64,000 nucleotides of DNA. Source: a virus. The notes under the pieces are model-generated. The model saw only the letters and a list, made by a program, of their open reading frames with translations. It made no database searches and was not told the DNA's origin. Position 1 is the stretch's first letter. Each line of letters starts with the position of its first letter. Of the stretch, positions 28,245 to 38,784 are shown piece after piece. A program made the position numbers and the translations under genes. The stretch lies in IMG/VR virus record IMGVR_UViG_3300008116_000011, positions 1-64,000 of that record. One strand, written 5' to 3'.

Positions 28245-29335
28245 TACTTGGTTATTTTAAAGGTGTAATTGTTATCAAATACTACTGTAGAACCATCTGC
28301 AAAAGAAGATTTAATTAGTATTTTATAATATCTTTCAGGTTGAAAACTTTCCATATACAAATCAAAATAATTTCCAGATGAATCACAACTTACTTTAGTA
28401 TATAAATTATCAAAATCTATAACATATTCTCCAGTATCTAAATCTTGTATTGCCCAATAAGAAGAAGATGGTAATGCTTGATTTAAGGTATAAACGGATT
28501 GTGTTGTAAACTGTCTAGCAGGATATGTTGGGCGAGCATTTACTCTAAATTGATATGTTGTATCGGTTTTGTAATATCCTATATTATTACCTAAAGTAAT
28601 AATGGTATTATCATTAGGTAAAACCGTTAAAGACCCTGTATTATATGTACTGTCATCCCATCTTATTTCTAGAATAGGAGGATAAATAGTATGGGTATCT
28701 TTAGAGAAAAATTTTAATGAGTAAGAAGATGAAGCATTAAATTCATACCCGTCGTCCATTTTAATAATAAAACCATCATTAAATACATTTCCATTATTAA
28801 AGTTACCTACAATATCTGTAACATCTATATGAGTATCTTTTGTATTATTTATTTCAAAAGATTGAGAACCTTCATACAATATATACCACACACCACCACC
28901 TGGATTACCTGGTTGATAAGAGGCTGTAGTGTCAAGAATAAAACTAGTAACAGGCCAATTTATACCATTTTGTCTTTGCACCCAGTTACAATCGCTAGTA
29001 ATTGGTGGATTATAAAGAAAACGCCCAGTACCCATATCCCAAGATTGAGATATAGGAAAAACATCTAAAGTATAATTATCAGGAAGACTAGTAGCATTTG
29101 CTAAGTATAAATCTAAATAAGCACGAAATAATGAAGGATTTCCTACTTTAGTAGCAATTACTTCTCGAATAGTACTTGTAGGATATTTTACTAAAATCCT
29201 AGATACCTGTGACGGTGCACCAAAAGAAGATGTAGTGTTTGAAATTTCTAATATCTGATCTAGCCCTGTATTTGTTGAGGGATATTCAGAGTACATGGTT
29301 GTATCCTTTTCAGGGAATATTCTATAGACGGCCAT
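28244..29335 (-). CDS. Virion structural protein (DNRLRE-like N-terminal domain)
   Basis: EKDTTMYS...NTGLDQILE...SRIL; FFSKDTHTIYPP. Confidence 0.6.
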   Translation of the reverse strand: MAVYRIFPEKDTTMYSEYPSTNTGLDQILEISNTTSSFGAPSQVSRILVKYPTSTIREVIATKVGNPSLFRAYLDLYLANATSLPDNYTLDVFPISQSWDMGTGRFLYNPPITSDCNWVQRQNGINWPVTSFILDTTASYQPGNPGGGVWYILYEGSQSFEINNTKDTHIDVTDIVGNFNNGNVFNDGFIIKMDDGYEFNASSSYSLKFFSKDTHTIYPPILEIRWDDSTYNTGSLTVLPNDNTIITLGNNIGYYKTDTTYQFRVNARPTYPARQFTTQSVYTLNQALPSSSYWAIQDLDTGEYVIDFDNLYTKVSCDSSGNYFDLYMESFQPERYYKILIKSSFADGSTVVFDNNYTFKITK

Positions 29336-29367
29336 CTATGTTTTTATTTACAATAAATATAGAAATA

Positions 29368-31176
29368 TTAGAAAGTTACAACTCTACCCTGAATATCTAA
29401 ATCGGGGAATCTAACTTCAAATATTGATGGGTCTAATGAAGGATATATAACTCCGTTAAGAGTAGCACCATTTACATCATAGCTATACGGAGAATAATTA
29501 CCTCCTGATTTATTTGTAAATTGTACATTTACTACTGATTGTACTCCTGGGACTTGTAGTAGTGCAGAGTATAAATTTGATAATATAATAGGTTGATTAA
29601 TTTGCCATTTATCTATGTCAAATATATTCTTTAAAGTAGTAATACAATCTGTTAATATTTGATTATTGCTCAAACCAGGAATAACAGTAATATCAAAATT
29701 AATTCCTATATTAATATAAAAACCATCTTTAATAGTAACAGCATCAGTAACCATTCTAAATGGTTCAAGATATTCTTTTAAATTAGTTTTTAATTCTAAA
29801 GTAGCATTTTCTAATTGTTTATTATCATTATATGCTAAAACATACATTGATAATGCTAACGGGTTATTATCAATTAGAGGATCATTACCTGCTTGAACAG
29901 ATAAAGCTGAGGCTTGTTCAACATATACTTTTGCAATGGTGCCAAATTGAGATGGCATACTTAAAGCACGATTTATATAGTCCTCTTTAGTTACAGATCT
30001 TAACTGAGCAGAAAATGCATTTAAAGTATTTAAGCGAATTTCTTCTACTGTATCTCCTCCTCTACCTCCTGTAGAAGGAACAGGATTGGTTACAACAAGA
30101 GTTGATAAAGAAGTATTAGTAAAGGCAGAGTCAACAGCAACAATACCCGCGTTTGAAGTTATTCTAGTAATATCATTAGCAGGAACATTTGATTCAATTC
30201 CACCTCCTACAGTATATTGAACATTCAATGATATATTAGAAGGTACAGTACCATATTGTTTAGTATAAAATACAGCTGCTTGGTTGTAATTATTAACCAA
30301 ATCAGAAGTATCCACTGATGGTACTAGGCCAAGTTGAATTGTATCCGGATTAGGGATAATAATATCATCCGGATCATTTACATACATTCCTGAGCCAAAT
30401 TGTAATTCTACAACATCGTCTGTTTTTATTCTTGTAACAAAGCGGTTAGGAGTTTCAAGTAAACTCATTAAATAAGGAACCTTATCAGCATTAGCTCCAG
30501 TATTAGTTGTTTTATTAATAATGTTAGATTGGGCTAAATAAGGTACTTCATACCATACACTACTATCACTTCCTGTTACTTGAAGTACTTGTAAAAAATT
30601 AGGTTCATTAATTTCAACAGAAGTAAATTTTTGAGGGGCACCAAAAGTAAAATTAGTACTTAAAACCTCAGCTGAAATAGCTCTAGTTGATTTTTTAAAT
30701 AGGTAATTACCTGAATCGTATAAACTAATAATAACTGATCCTGTATCAGAAAAATCTACTCTATCTACAGTTAAAAATTTTATTCCTGTAGAAACAGATT
30801 GTAACTGAGTATTTTCAGGAATTGTTAAAGCATATCTTAAATCTGGCTGACCAGATGAAATAGGTACTATTTGGTAAAAATCAACGGCAGCAACAGAGGC
30901 ATAAGATGATTTAGGTCTATAACCTAGTGAATATGCCATGTTTAACAAATTCTGTTTTTCAACAGCTGTTAAAACAAAGTTTTCTTGAATTTGAGTATCA
31001 GTATAAAATGACAGTACATCACCAACATACGAAGCCATCTCAATAAACATAGTACCTGGAGATGCTTCTGAGAAATCTGTGTATGTGTTAGGAAAGTAAT
31101 TTTTAGCAAACTCAATAAGAGAAGCTCTAAATTGAGTAAAATTTTTATTTAAATATGATATATTCTTTTCTGCCAT
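29368..31176 (-). CDS. Baseplate wedge subunit (T4 gp6-like)
   Basis: DFSEASPG.MFIEM..YVGDVLSFY.D; LGY.P; GG...D..EEIR; RSVTKEDY. Confidence 0.9.
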   Translation of the reverse strand: MAEKNISYLNKNFTQFRASLIEFAKNYFPNTYTDFSEASPGTMFIEMASYVGDVLSFYTDTQIQENFVLTAVEKQNLLNMAYSLGYRPKSSYASVAAVDFYQIVPISSGQPDLRYALTIPENTQLQSVSTGIKFLTVDRVDFSDTGSVIISLYDSGNYLFKKSTRAISAEVLSTNFTFGAPQKFTSVEINEPNFLQVLQVTGSDSSVWYEVPYLAQSNIINKTTNTGANADKVPYLMSLLETPNRFVTRIKTDDVVELQFGSGMYVNDPDDIIIPNPDTIQLGLVPSVDTSDLVNNYNQAAVFYTKQYGTVPSNISLNVQYTVGGGIESNVPANDITRITSNAGIVAVDSAFTNTSLSTLVVTNPVPSTGGRGGDTVEEIRLNTLNAFSAQLRSVTKEDYINRALSMPSQFGTIAKVYVEQASALSVQAGNDPLIDNNPLALSMYVLAYNDNKQLENATLELKTNLKEYLEPFRMVTDAVTIKDGFYINIGINFDITVIPGLSNNQILTDCITTLKNIFDIDKWQINQPIILSNLYSALLQVPGVQSVVNVQFTNKSGGNYSPYSYDVNGATLNGVIYPSLDPSIFEVRFPDLDIQGRVVTF

Positions 31177-31592
31177 TATTCAAAATTAACTGTTACTGTA
31201 TCTGTTTGCCCTGATATTAATATTTGATAGTCAATTTTAACAACCAGAGTATTACTACCATATTCTCCTTCCTGTAAAAAATCTACTCGATTTATTAAGA
31301 TTTCAGGAATGTATGTTTGAACACTATCAACAATACTATCCCTAATATCACCAAAAGTAGCTTCCGTCATCTGCCCAAATAGTTGGGATCTTAAAAGAGT
31401 ACCAAATTCAGGATTATCTATTCTTTCACCTTTTGATGTTAATAATAAATTTACAAGATTGTATTTTAATTGATCTTTAGTAGAAAAAGTACTATAAAAA
31501 ACACCCGGGGCGTTAAATGGTAGTTTAACACCGATTGCTGTGTTTCGTTGTAAATCTCTAGGATCAACCCTAGTACTTCTTACATAAGCCAT
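31176..31592 (-). CDS. Baseplate wedge protein gp25/GPW-like
   Basis: NLLLT.KGER..NPEFG. Confidence 0.9.
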   Translation of the reverse strand: MAYVRSTRVDPRDLQRNTAIGVKLPFNAPGVFYSTFSTKDQLKYNLVNLLLTSKGERIDNPEFGTLLRSQLFGQMTEATFGDIRDSIVDSVQTYIPEILINRVDFLQEGEYGSNTLVVKIDYQILISGQTDTVTVNFE

Positions 31593-31918
31593 TATTGAGC
31601 GTTTCTAAAATTATTAATCTCACCAGGATTTTGTCTCATTTCAGCAGCTACCTGAGCTAACATATTCTGATATACATTTTGTTTTTCAGCAAATGTTGTT
31701 GGTTTAGCTGGTTGAGGAGCATTTATACCCATTTGATCCATTAAACTTTGACGAAAAGCAGCTGGGTTAACATTTTTAGTTGTTAGGTTAACAGTAGGCC
31801 ACTCTTCATTATTAGTTAATGATTCTTGGATTTTTTGTTTTCCAAGATTAGCCAATTCTTCTTTCAAAACTTCTCTAACGGCTTCTTTAATTAGATTTTT
31901 TAATTTTGTTGTTTCCAT
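31592..31918 (-). CDS. Hypothetical protein with KLKNLIKEAVREVLKEE leader
   Basis: ORF in operon. Confidence 0.6.
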   Translation of the reverse strand: METTKLKNLIKEAVREVLKEELANLGKQKIQESLTNNEEWPTVNLTTKNVNPAAFRQSLMDQMGINAPQPAKPTTFAEKQNVYQNMLAQVAAEMRQNPGEINNFRNAQ

Positions 31919-31929
31919 ATTAATAAATA

Positions 31930-33222
31930 TTAAGCTTCAAGATTTTGTTCGTCGATTTGTAGTTTTAACTCTTCAATTAATACGCTAGGATTTAATGTAA
32001 ATGATGACTGAGATCGCAGACGGATAAATCCACTGCGATCTAAAGCAACAGCATATCTACGTTTATTTCCAGCTACTACAAGATTAGGATCATTTTCTTC
32101 TTTTACATCAAATGTAAATCCTCTATATGTTATATTACCTACATTATTTCCATTATCTAACAAACCTTTTATCTCCTCAGGTGTTAAATTTTCATCTAAT
32201 GCTTTATCAATAACATCACTAATAGGTAGTAATCTAGATTCTTGGTATATAACTTCTGATATCAGATCGTCTAGTGCTGAGCGGGTTGTACCTAGTAGGA
32301 TAGTAATAGAGTCTATAGTTAAAATAGTATTAACTATTTTTTGGACAGTTAATGGTGTTGTAGGGAATTGAACAGTAGCTATTAATATTTTAGCTGCTAA
32401 AGATAAAATAGTAAGAAATATTTCTAAAGTTTTAACTATATCTCTAATATTTTCTATTTGTCTTTTAGCTTTACCTAATTCAGCTAAAGCAGCATCTCTT
32501 GTAATTCTTGCTTTTAAAACATCTTGTTTAGTTTGAATTGATAAAATTTGATCATTTACCTTATCAACCAATTCAGATAACTGTTGAACTGTTTTAGCTA
32601 ATCGCTGAACTTCTCTATTTAGTAGTTTTGCTATTATAAATAAAGCAGCGGCTTTAGCTACTGCTTTAACAGCTGCTTTTCTTTTTTTAAGTTCAATTAA
32701 TACTTCATTTAATTTAATTTTTTTAGTTCTTATCTTAACTTTAAGTTTACTTGTTTTTTTAGCTATATCGGCTTGTTTTTTTAAAGTTATTCCTGAAAGT
32801 GCTATTCCTAATTGTTGTAATATAAGTCTTATTTGGGTGTCAATTCCCGTTAATGCTTTAGTAGTTTTTTGAACTTCTGCTTCTGCTTTTTTTATAGCAG
32901 CTTCAGCTACTTTAGTAACACCTTTTGCTTTATCTGCTAATTCTTGCTTTATTTTTTGAGGATCTATTCCTGGTTGGTTTATGCGATTAGCATATTCTTG
33001 AGGGTTAGGGGCAAAAGAAGCAGCTGTTTTTAAAGCGGTAGCAGGATCTAAACTAAGATTACCTAAAATACTAGAAAAAGAAACAGCTTGAGATAATGCT
33101 ACTTTAGACTGCTCAAATGAAGCAATAGCAATATCATATTGTCTCTTAGTATCTTCATACAATGCTTGAGAGTCCTCTAATGTTTTTTTAAGCAATTCTA
33201 TTCTTTCGTTTGTCTTAGGCAT
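31930..33222 (-). CDS. Coiled-coil protein with hydrophobic segments
   Basis: 430 aa helical; C-terminal YRGF...RRYAVA. Confidence 0.6.
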   Translation of the reverse strand: MPKTNERIELLKKTLEDSQALYEDTKRQYDIAIASFEQSKVALSQAVSFSSILGNLSLDPATALKTAASFAPNPQEYANRINQPGIDPQKIKQELADKAKGVTKVAEAAIKKAEAEVQKTTKALTGIDTQIRLILQQLGIALSGITLKKQADIAKKTSKLKVKIRTKKIKLNEVLIELKKRKAAVKAVAKAAALFIIAKLLNREVQRLAKTVQQLSELVDKVNDQILSIQTKQDVLKARITRDAALAELGKAKRQIENIRDIVKTLEIFLTILSLAAKILIATVQFPTTPLTVQKIVNTILTIDSITILLGTTRSALDDLISEVIYQESRLLPISDVIDKALDENLTPEEIKGLLDNGNNVGNITYRGFTFDVKEENDPNLVVAGNKRRYAVALDRSGFIRLRSQSSFTLNPSVLIEELKLQIDEQNLEA

Positions 33223-34430
33223 TATACAGTAAATGTTGTTTTAGAAAGTAATTTATCAGTATCTAAATCTTTACTAACAGAAGTTATACCTTTCTGTAAA
33301 GCTTCAGATCCTACTGCTATAGACGTAAGAGTTATACCTTCAGGAGTTGCTTTTGCATCTGATATGGCTGTGCAAAAATTACTTAGTGCTTGTAAAAGGT
33401 TACTAAGAAAAGTTTCTAAATTATTTCCTAGTACAAGCGGTTGAGTTGTTGTATTATTAGATGAAGGACCTAAAAATATACTATTATTTTGCAGTGCAAT
33501 TCCCACTTCATCACTTTGCATATAAACAGGACCTTGAGAATATAATTCTACTCCTGTTCTACCAAATACTAATACTTCATCCCATTTAGCCGAAATAACA
33601 GTTCTATCTGCATTTAAAATTGCTTGAGAACCATTATAGTCTCGTATAGATATGGGAGATGTTATATTGCTTAATCTAACATTTCCTATATTTAAAGGAA
33701 TAGACTGTTTAGAAGTTAAATAAAGTGAAGATCCATCCCAATTAATATCTTCAACAAACATATCTGATCCTGAAATTTTAAAATTATGTTCATTAGATAA
33801 AATAACAATAGGGTTATTTTCTAGTTCATTTGGATTTGTAGACCAAGGACTTAAGTCTTTACTCCCCAATTTATTTGTACTTCCAAAACGAATAGAATTT
33901 CCAAATCTACCCTCTATAATATTATCTCCTGCAAATGGTTGAACCCCTCTAAAGTCATCATTTTGAGTAAATGATCGATAATCTTCAAGCAATTGTTTAT
34001 TTTCATCTATAAATAAACCATTAAATTGAGGACTATTCCAAGCATTAATTGGAGACAAATAATACGTTTCAAATGCTTTATTAGTAATAGGAGATGGGGC
34101 TGCAGGGAGTTGAAATAATAAAACAACTTCACCTGGTAAGGGAAAATATTTTTGATAAGGTAATAAAGGCAAAGCAGTAGTTAATGATGCTATCTTATCA
34201 TCAGTTAAACTAGCCAAATCAATTTCAGATTCAGGATTATAAGTATCAAAACATATAGTTCCAATACCACTCCACCCACCATTATCTTCCCATACTTTTT
34301 TAGGTACATTCCCCGGATTAAGCATAGTAGCATATACTTTTCCTACTTGATATGTTGTAGGAGGAGTATAGTTATTATATCCTGTATTAGCAGTTATTGT
34401 AGCTAAACCTTCTCTTACCCTTACACTCAT
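33222..34430 (-). CDS. Baseplate hub/spike (gp5-like) protein
   Basis: PLPGEVV, GDNIIEGRFGNSIRFGST, QPLVLGN. Confidence 0.7.
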   Translation of the reverse strand: MSVRVREGLATITANTGYNNYTPPTTYQVGKVYATMLNPGNVPKKVWEDNGGWSGIGTICFDTYNPESEIDLASLTDDKIASLTTALPLLPYQKYFPLPGEVVLLFQLPAAPSPITNKAFETYYLSPINAWNSPQFNGLFIDENKQLLEDYRSFTQNDDFRGVQPFAGDNIIEGRFGNSIRFGSTNKLGSKDLSPWSTNPNELENNPIVILSNEHNFKISGSDMFVEDINWDGSSLYLTSKQSIPLNIGNVRLSNITSPISIRDYNGSQAILNADRTVISAKWDEVLVFGRTGVELYSQGPVYMQSDEVGIALQNNSIFLGPSSNNTTTQPLVLGNNLETFLSNLLQALSNFCTAISDAKATPEGITLTSIAVGSEALQKGITSVSKDLDTDKLLSKTTFTV

Positions 34431-34431
34431 A

Positions 34432-34785
34432 TTATTTGTTTATGGGTCCGTTAATGTTATCGCCAACCTCTTTAACAGCTGAAAATAATTGCTCCTTTTC
34501 AGCTTCACTTAAAATAAAACTAGCTGCTTCATCTGTGTTAGCAGACAGGGCACGTTGAACAATACCTGCTAATTTAACAAGTTGTTCATCATTTTTTACA
34601 CTAATATTAAGATGTTCAGCAATTAAAGGAACAATCATAAGAGCTGATTGGGCGTCGTTAACCAATGGTTTTAACGTCTCAATCAGCTCCCTAATTTGTT
34701 TTTCTTTATCCTTAGAGTTAGTGTATATGTCCTTAAGTAGGTCCGAAAACTTTTTACTACCCCACATTACTTGATCAAAATTCAT
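34432..34785 (-). CDS. Conserved hypothetical protein
   Basis: VPLI..HL..SVKNDEQLVKLA.IVQR. Confidence 0.6.
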   Translation of the reverse strand: MNFDQVMWGSKKFSDLLKDIYTNSKDKEKQIRELIETLKPLVNDAQSALMIVPLIAEHLNISVKNDEQLVKLAGIVQRALSANTDEAASFILSEAEKEQLFSAVKEVGDNINGPINK

Positions 34786-34824
34786 TATCTAATTTTTGAC
34801 TATAAATATAGGAACAATAAAATT

Positions 34825-35613
34825 TTATATTTTTATATAACCCTCTTGGTAATATTTATTATATAAATCAACGTATATCGACTTTAGCTTCTTAATAATC
34901 TTAGTAATTTGAGGGGTATCTACGTCAACCATTTCACGTATATAAATGTATAATGCCTTCTTGTTAAAAATATCTAATGATTCACATTTACGAAACAATT
35001 CCATTATGGCGTCGGCTGTTTTAGCATCATTTTCTTTTGGAAATAATTTACTAAGATTTTTATCAACATACCTAATATATAAACTCATAAACTCGGTAAT
35101 GCTATAATCTTGACTATAGTAACTATTAATCGTTTCTTCTTTAATTTTCTTATCGTCATCTACTTCCGCCAAATCACCTTTATCCTGTAATTTTTGGTAA
35201 TTCTTTTTGTTTTTAAGGATAAGATAACGTTTGGCTATAGTACCAAAGTATGAGTATGCTTTACCCTTATGTGGCTTATATAACTTAAGTTTCTCAAGTA
35301 AAAACGCAATTACCTCTTGTTGTACATCCTCTACCGATTCACCATCGGTATAGTAAAATTTAAACGTATGGATAATATTTTGGGTTAATTTAAAAAATCC
35401 ATACTCAATACGCTCGCGATAGACATTATTTCTAAATTCTTGGTCTTCCGAAGCAACATACTCAACAATAGCATTCTGAGTGTCTTCGGTAAAATAGGTA
35501 TTAGATGTCTTAGGTTTGCGTTTACGTGGCTTACCGGATTTAGTTAATTCAACTGTTATAGAATTATCTTCTACTAGAAGGTGGGGTTGACTGTGTGTTT
35601 CTGTTGTTTTCAT
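34825..35613 (-). CDS. Phage RNA polymerase sigma factor (late, T4 gp55-like)
   Basis: YFT...AIVEY; KAYSYFGTIAKRYL region-2-like motif. Confidence 0.7.
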   Translation of the reverse strand: MKTTETHSQPHLLVEDNSITVELTKSGKPRKRKPKTSNTYFTEDTQNAIVEYVASEDQEFRNNVYRERIEYGFFKLTQNIIHTFKFYYTDGESVEDVQQEVIAFLLEKLKLYKPHKGKAYSYFGTIAKRYLILKNKKNYQKLQDKGDLAEVDDDKKIKEETINSYYSQDYSITEFMSLYIRYVDKNLSKLFPKENDAKTADAIMELFRKCESLDIFNKKALYIYIREMVDVDTPQITKIIKKLKSIYVDLYNKYYQEGYIKI

Positions 35614-35878
35614 TAATATTAAATTCATTTAGTTCTCTCTGCAATGTTTTTACACTTTCAAAGAACCAACCTATTTCATCGTCTGATTCAAATGTTCCTT
35701 TATTGTCGATATTGTCTAATTGCTGTTTAGTATAGTTTACAGTATTAGAAAATCGACGAATATATGAATCTTGTGAGTCGACAATTTTTTCTAATTTTTC
35801 AACCTTCCTAAACAAATTATAGGAAATATACCCTATAAGCAAGTTAACCAAAAATAAAATAATAGATAAAGTTACCAT
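35564..35878 (-). CDS. Membrane-anchored coiled-coil protein
   Basis: N-terminal TM helix; FESDDEIGWFF. Confidence 0.55.
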   Translation of the reverse strand: MVTLSIILFLVNLLIGYISYNLFRKVEKLEKIVDSQDSYIRRFSNTVNYTKQQLDNIDNKGTFESDDEIGWFFESVKTLQRELNEFNINENNRNTQSTPPSSRR

Positions 35879-35880
35879 AA

Positions 35881-36063
35881 TTAGTTCCATTCATCATTTT
35901 CAATAGAAATAGTACCACGTATGCTATCAACTATTTCTTTTATATTATCGATAGTTTTTTGAACCTCAACAGCAGGAAATGAACGATGAAGACTCATTTC
36001 TAAGGTCTTAAGTTGATTTTCAAGTTTTTCAATTTTTGAAAGTGCTTGTTGTTTATATTTCAT
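35881..36063 (-). CDS. Hypothetical protein
   Basis: ATG at 36063. Confidence 0.5.
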   Translation of the reverse strand: MKYKQQALSKIEKLENQLKTLEMSLHRSFPAVEVQKTIDNIKEIVDSIRGTISIENDEWN

Positions 36064-36220
36064 AAATAATTTTTTTAAATCTAACAACAATATACGACCT
36101 TTCTCTAATACTACCAAGTCTCTAATGCTCCGTTTTGAGTGCTTTACCACTCACTCCTCAATAAATACGTATATACAACATTCTTAGCTAGAGAGAAAGC
36201 CTAAAAGGCTTTTACGCGTT

Positions 36221-36496
36221 TTAGGCTTGTTTACGAGATGCTTTAGCCATCTCTTTAAGGTCAATTTTCTTTACAGGATAAGAAAATGATTTATTATTAA
36301 TCAAAGTATCGAGCATACCAATTTCTTGTGGACTATCAGTAGCAAATATAGTTTTATCTTCAGATTTATTACTACCAGGAACATCAAGAAAATTAGTAGT
36401 ATCTAAACCCAATTTAGGATCCATTTGTCCTAAAAGTTTATTCATGTAATTAATAAACGCTGCTTTATCTCTGTCGCGCAATAGATATTCTGCCAT
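36221..36496 (-). CDS. Hypothetical protein
   Basis: ATG at 36496 downstream of TATTTATA motif. Confidence 0.55.
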   Translation of the reverse strand: MAEYLLRDRDKAAFINYMNKLLGQMDPKLGLDTTNFLDVPGSNKSEDKTIFATDSPQEIGMLDTLINNKSFSYPVKKIDLKEMAKASRKQA

Positions 36497-36533
36497 GTTT
36501 GAATTTTGAGTATATATTATAAATATAGAATAG

Positions 36534-36722
36534 TTATGTGTTCTTAGTCGATTTCTTAGTTGATGATTTTTTCCCAAACTTATAATACTTAATAACATCA
36601 CCCTTAGAACCGATAATAGTATTGATATCGGGTGTACCGTGTACAGCAGCTATCTTAACAGGAATATCGGGATCAAGAGTAAAAAGATAATCGATAGTAG
36701 ATTGCATGTATATAACCATCAT
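36534..36722 (-). CDS. Hypothetical protein
   Basis: ATGA overlap with upstream gene. Confidence 0.4.
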   Translation of the reverse strand: MMVIYMQSTIDYLFTLDPDIPVKIAAVHGTPDINTIIGSKGDVIKYYKFGKKSSTKKSTKNT

Positions 36723-37198
36723 ATAGCAGCATTATTTTCAGCGATAATACGAGTAATAATATCATCAGCAGTAGATACGGTGACTGCGAATCCTTCCTTA
36801 TTAACGCGATATCGATTAAGCTGGGAATGTATAATAGACTCGATTTGCGCGGGTGCTTTACATGGGAATGCATTAACTATAAACCACGGGGTGATAACAC
36901 CCGTACCGGAGTTAATTTCTTTAACGCGCGCTTGTGGCGTACGATCCGTATATCCTATTTTAAGTATACCCGGTTGCCCTTTATTCTCCAACACATATAT
37001 ATATCCCTCGTTAAATGACAATTGAGCCTCAAATCGTTGGCGCTTAATCCAATAATTGATAAACTCGGCTGTTGTATAATTCTCATATTGAGGACCATCG
37101 AGCGGTGTTAACGTAAATGCATCCGTATATTTAACCGACATTCCTGCTGGCCTGGGATAATAATTCTCTTTAGCTTCCTCCAACGATATTTTAATCAT
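36719..37198 (-). CDS. T5orf172 / GIY-YIG domain protein
   Basis: GYIYVL.N....ILKIGYT.RTP..R..EI...TGV..P; E..IH..L..YR. Confidence 0.8.
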   Translation of the reverse strand: MIKISLEEAKENYYPRPAGMSVKYTDAFTLTPLDGPQYENYTTAEFINYWIKRQRFEAQLSFNEGYIYVLENKGQPGILKIGYTDRTPQARVKEINSGTGVITPWFIVNAFPCKAPAQIESIIHSQLNRYRVNKEGFAVTVSTADDIITRIIAENNAAI

Positions 37199-37422
37199 AA
37201 TATAACACCCTCCACTATTGTGTGTTCCATCAACTTATCGTCGTTTGGGTTGTCAATCTCCTCGTGAGCACCGTAATACCATTCTTTATTCACATCCAAT
37301 GCGAAATGTTTAATCGCACTTACGGGACCGGCGTCGTTAAATCCACCCTCGTACCCGGGAACAAATACGTGTAATTCTGGGTCAAGTTTACTTAGTTGTT
37401 CAATTAATTCCTTTACTTTCAT
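37195..37422 (-). CDS. Hypothetical protein (MKVKELIEQL family)
   Basis: ATG at 37422 below a promoter motif; GYEGG. Confidence 0.6.
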   Translation of the reverse strand: MKVKELIEQLSKLDPELHVFVPGYEGGFNDAGPVSAIKHFALDVNKEWYYGAHEEIDNPNDDKLMEHTIVEGVIL

Positions 37423-37524
37423 ATAAGGTATGTTTAATTGTGAATGTATGTATATACGCTTGGACTTCCAAAAAAGGTTGTACAAAAAGAGGGTTGCAAA
37501 TTTATAACCTTATAATAAAAAGGA

Positions 37525-37680
37525 CTATAATGATTTTGCGCGTTTGTTTTTTGGCCATGTACTAGCCACGTTCCATATTAGTTGTACTATCGATGCAATG
37601 AATATAATAACACTAATTGAATATACTGTTATTACTGTTTTGTCTAGAGAGGTTAGCTCTTTTAGGATTTGGTTTTTCAT
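37525..37680 (-). CDS. Small membrane protein (51 aa; not in ORF track)
   Basis: MKNQILKELTSLDKTVITVYSISVIIFIASIVQLIWNVASTWPKNKRAKSL. Confidence 0.45.
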   Translation of the reverse strand: MKNQILKELTSLDKTVITVYSISVIIFIASIVQLIWNVASTWPKNKRAKSL

Positions 37681-37729
37681 ATGTTTACAATAAATATGAA
37701 AATTGGGTTCTCCAAATATATTTGTATAT

Positions 37730-37925
37730 ATGCGCGCCTGGGGTAAAGATTGTAGTTTATCTGTAGATACGGGGCAGCTATGCGCGCCGGCGGCGGCGCG
37801 TCGATGGACCGCTATTGCTGTGGGGTCGTTTCGCTAGCGTCTCGCCAGCGCCGCGCTAGTGATCATCTTTTTTTTGACAGGGCGAGGATCGGATAAAAAT
37901 GCCTGCTTTTTTATGGCAGGCGATT
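37730..37925. other. GC-rich non-coding island
   Basis: gcgcgccggcggcggcgcg...cgctagcg...gccgcgctag in an otherwise AT-rich genome; terminator-like hairpin gcctgc/gcaggc at ~37901-37921. Confidence 0.7.
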
Positions 37926-37945
37926 TCTCATGAGGATTAATATTA

Positions 37946-38206
37946 TTATCCGTTACACCGATCGATCAGGCGCTCTAGCTGAGGCAGACAATCACTCGCC
38001 GTACGCCCCTTCAATCCATAATAATGCTTCAGATCCCTTAATTTAACTTGCCTATTTTGAATGCCGCGCGCCATCAGGCTCAAATAAAATTTGTGTACCG
38101 CTAGTTGATAATGAAAATAATTGATCGAGCCGGATGAGGTAGAAACTGATGGTGTTTGAAGCTTACCTTCGGCTGCTTGTAATACTGCTTGTTCAAATGG
38201 AGTCAT
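37946..38206 (-). CDS. Hypothetical protein
   Basis: ATG at 38206. Confidence 0.55.
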   Translation of the reverse strand: MTPFEQAVLQAAEGKLQTPSVSTSSGSINYFHYQLAVHKFYLSLMARGIQNRQVKLRDLKHYYGLKGRTASDCLPQLERLIDRCNG

Positions 38207-38376
38207 AACATTTAATTTTTGTGATATGAATATAATTGGGATTATTAATACGAAAAAAAGCATCGATAAAAAATTCATACAGTAAATATAATAATCATAG
38301 TTATGCTCCCAATAAAAAAGCCCCGGATGAAAATCCAGGGCGTAACCATTAAAATTAAAAGTATGAACTGTAATTA

Positions 38377-38784
38377 TCAAACGCTTGTTTGCTCGTATAA
38401 TTTAATTTGTACAGGGCCGTATGTATCAAAACACTCCCAATAATCGCCATCGAAAATATAAGTATAATCCACTCCCTTATCATTTATTATCTCACTGTAC
38501 TTATCATTTCTAGCTCCAGTATTCGGCTCGCCCCTATCCCTTCCATATGCCAAACACCACTTTTCATTATGAGTGGAGCGATCATTAAAATCCTGTTTCT
38601 CACCGATCTCCTCCCCCAATATACTCAAATCACCTAGCGCCAGCAACGCCTTTACTTTATCAATTGTCTTATAATGCTCAGTTAAAATAACTCCATTGTG
38701 AGATGGATAACCATCATAATGGCAATAAATGTAATCAACTGAGTCGTCTGTGTTTCTGATTCCAATGAAAGATCTTGTAGCCAT
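38377..38784 (-). CDS. Conserved phage protein (YCHYDGYP family)
   Basis: MATRS.I...YIYCHYDGYP...YGRDRGE. Confidence 0.7.
   Translation of the reverse strand: MATRSFIGIRNTDDSVDYIYCHYDGYPSHNGVILTEHYKTIDKVKALLALGDLSILGEEIGEKQDFNDRSTHNEKWCLAYGRDRGEPNTGARNDKYSEIINDKGVDYTYIFDGDYWECFDTYGPVQIKLYEQTSV

Noticed and set aside
36673-36873. Alternative-frame minus ORFs (also 38682-38885, 56735-56920)
   Set aside because: Overlap better-supported genes in another frame
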